DNA of 64,000 nt from an uncultured Planctomycetaceae bacterium (GTDB lineage Bacteria > Planctomycetota > Planctomycetia > Planctomycetales > Planctomycetaceae): positions 128,001 through 192,000 of the forward strand of contig CAWFGE010000010.1 of NCBI GenBank assembly GCA_963815195.1. The letters run 5' to 3'. Numbering within the stretch: the first letter of the stretch is position 1; every line of letters begins with the position of its first letter. The translations under genes were made by a program, and so were the position numbers. Shown in pieces: positions 62,091 through 64,000 of this stretch. The notes below the pieces were generated by a model, which was not told the origin of the DNA, did not search any database, and saw only the letters and a list, made by a program, of their open reading frames with translations.

Positions 62091-63593
62091 GTGGCTTTGC
62101 AACGATTCCACCAATTCCATCGCATGATTTGGACGGTGCTTTTCGGCGCGCTCGTTTTGAGTTTCCCCGAATCCCACAACACCTTCGCGGCGGAAGCGGC
62201 TCAAGACCGCCCCAATCTGTTGATCATTCTCTGCGATGACTTGGGCTACGGCGATTTGGCGTGCTATGGGCATCCGCATATCCAATCGCCTAACCTGGAC
62301 AAGCTCGCCGCGACGGGAATTCGTTTGACCTCCTGCTACTCCTCGGCTCCGGTGTGCTCGCCTTCACGGGTGGGTTTGCTCACCGGCCGCAGTCCCAACC
62401 GGGCCGGCGTCTATGACTGGATTCCCGAAGCCGGCGGAGTTCGGCCCGACGCCCGCGACCAGGTCCACATGCGGAGCGAAGAAACCACGATCGCCCGCTT
62501 GCTCAAACAGGCCGGCTATGCCACCTGCCAGGCGGGGAAATGGCACTGCAACAGCCATTTCAATTCGCCCGAGCAGCCGCAACCGGGCAATTTCGGGTTC
62601 GACCATTGGTTCGCCACGCAAAACAACGCCGCCCCCTCGCACGAGAATCCGATGAACTTCGTGCGAAACGGCGAGGCCGTCGGGAAGCTGGAAGGTTTTA
62701 GTTGCCAACTCGTCGCGGACGAGGCCATCCGCTGGCTGGAAAATCACGCGAAGACATCGCCGAACCAGCCGTTCTTTCTTTTCACCGCGTTCCACGAACC
62801 GCACGAACCGATCGCCTCGCCGCGGGAGTTGGTCGCGAAGTATAAAGCCCTCGCCAAGAACGAAGACGAGGCCCAGTTTTTCGCGAATGTGGAGAACATG
62901 GACAACGCCGCGGGCCGATTGCTGAATACGCTCGAAAAACTCGGCCAGCGCGAGAACACGCTGATTTTCTTCACCGCGGACAACGGCCCGGAAACCTTGA
63001 ACCGCTACCGCGGAGCCAAACGGTCTTACGGCCGGCCGGGACCGCTCAGGGGCATGAAGCTTTGGACCACCGACGGCGGCTTTCGCGTGGCGGGGATCAT
63101 CAACTGGCCCGCGAAGATCCAAAAGCCGTTCGTGTCGGATGAGCCGGTATCCGCGCTCGATCTGCTGCCGACCTTTTGCCGGCTCGCGGGCACCAAGCCG
63201 CCGGAGAACCTCAACCTCGACGGCAGCATTTTTCTGCCCGTTCTCGACGGCAAGCCGATCGAACGGAAAAAGCCGCTGTTCTGGTGCTATTTCAACGCCC
63301 TCAACGAGCACCGCATGGCCATGCGCGACGGCGAGTGGAAAATGCTCGCAAAGATCAATCACGGCAAGCTGCCCAAGTTCGTCAACATCAATGACAGAAA
63401 CATCGACACCGTCCGCTCGGCGACGCTCACCGATTATGAGCTGTACCGGATCACGAACGACATCGGCGAGGAACAGAACATCATCGACCAGCATCCCCAT
63501 GAAGCCGCAAAGCTGAAAAAGAAACTCGAATCCATTTATAAAGAACTCGCGGACACCTCCCACGTCTGGACCACGAAACCGGCGGCCAGATAA
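62091..63593 (+). CDS. Arylsulfatase
   Basis: PNLLIILCDDLGYGD, CSPSRVGLLTG, GKWH, ADNG. Confidence 0.92.
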   Translation: MALQRFHQFHRMIWTVLFGALVLSFPESHNTFAAEAAQDRPNLLIILCDDLGYGDLACYGHPHIQSPNLDKLAATGIRLTSCYSSAPVCSPSRVGLLTGRSPNRAGVYDWIPEAGGVRPDARDQVHMRSEETTIARLLKQAGYATCQAGKWHCNSHFNSPEQPQPGNFGFDHWFATQNNAAPSHENPMNFVRNGEAVGKLEGFSCQLVADEAIRWLENHAKTSPNQPFFLFTAFHEPHEPIASPRELVAKYKALAKNEDEAQFFANVENMDNAAGRLLNTLEKLGQRENTLIFFTADNGPETLNRYRGAKRSYGRPGPLRGMKLWTTDGGFRVAGIINWPAKIQKPFVSDEPVSALDLLPTFCRLAGTKPPENLNLDGSIFLPVLDGKPIERKKPLFWCYFNALNEHRMAMRDGEWKMLAKINHGKLPKFVNINDRNIDTVRSATLTDYELYRITNDIGEEQNIIDQHPHEAAKLKKKLESIYKELADTSHVWTTKPAAR

Positions 63594-63650
63594 GTGGAAC
63601 CACGAATGAATGACACAATTGAAAAACCTGCCTGCAAATTGGAGCGAACC

Positions 63651-64000
63651 ATGTTAGTTTCCCGCCTGTTGATTTCGCTGTGTGTGTTGGCTTCGATTTT
63701 GTTAAATTCCTCGCCTGTTCGCGCGGCGAAGCCGAATGTGGTGCTGATTATCGCGGATGACTTGGGCTATCGCGAATTGGGCTGTTTTGGGCAGAAGCGG
63801 ATTAAAACGCCCCACCTCGATCAGTTGGCGAAGGAGGGGATGCGGCTGACGCAGCACTATGCCGGGAACGCTGTGTGTGCTCCGTCGCGGTGCGTGCTGC
63901 TCACGGGGAAGCATCCCGGGCACGCATATATCCGCACGAACAAATCCACGCCGCCGGAAGGCCAGGAACCGATCCCCGACAGCGAAGTCACGCTCCCGGA
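63651..64000 (+). CDS. Arylsulfatase (partial, runs off window end)
   Basis: Manual translation: [45 protein letters not shown]...TPHLD...[17 protein letters not shown]. Confidence 0.88.
   Translation, partial: MLVSRLLISLCVLASILLNSSPVRAAKPNVVLIIADDLGYRELGCFGQKRIKTPHLDQLAKEGMRLTQHYAGNAVCAPSRCVLLTGKHPGHAYIRTNKSTPPEGQEPIPDSEVTLP

Overview
GC-rich bacterial chromosome segment, most likely from a planctomycete. The assignment is inferred from two DUF1549/DUF1553 + DUF1501 modules, a DUF1592 + DUF1552 pair, DUF1571 and TIGR02996 proteins, six sulfatases and an FHA-GAF-PP2C phosphatase. Core genes include skp-lpxC-lpxA plus a GnnA-like dehydrogenase, malic enzyme, tal, ndk, fabI, an lnt-like gene, hflC, scpB and a 6S RNA. 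No CRISPR array, rRNA, tRNA, integrase or transposase was seen. Eight genes carry single-base frameshifts, probably assembly indels. Most notable: (1) a YhaO/Mre11-fold protein that has lost nearly all metal ligands, paired with an intact membrane-anchored YhaN/Rad50-like ATPase, with an unannotated 24-aa lipoprotein ORF between them; (2) a ~142-bp inverted-repeat element found twice, each time at a DUF1553/DUF1501 junction, one copy flanked by an exact 18-bp duplication of the gene end; (3) recurring GGA-hexaloop hairpins over ribosome-binding sites (CsrA-like) and recurring C-terminal RRAA/RRAG/DAA degron-like tails; (4) an ECF sigma factor with a ~60-aa insert, downstream of a dense palindromic operator-like patch. 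All family calls come from motif recognition by eye; no database searches were run.
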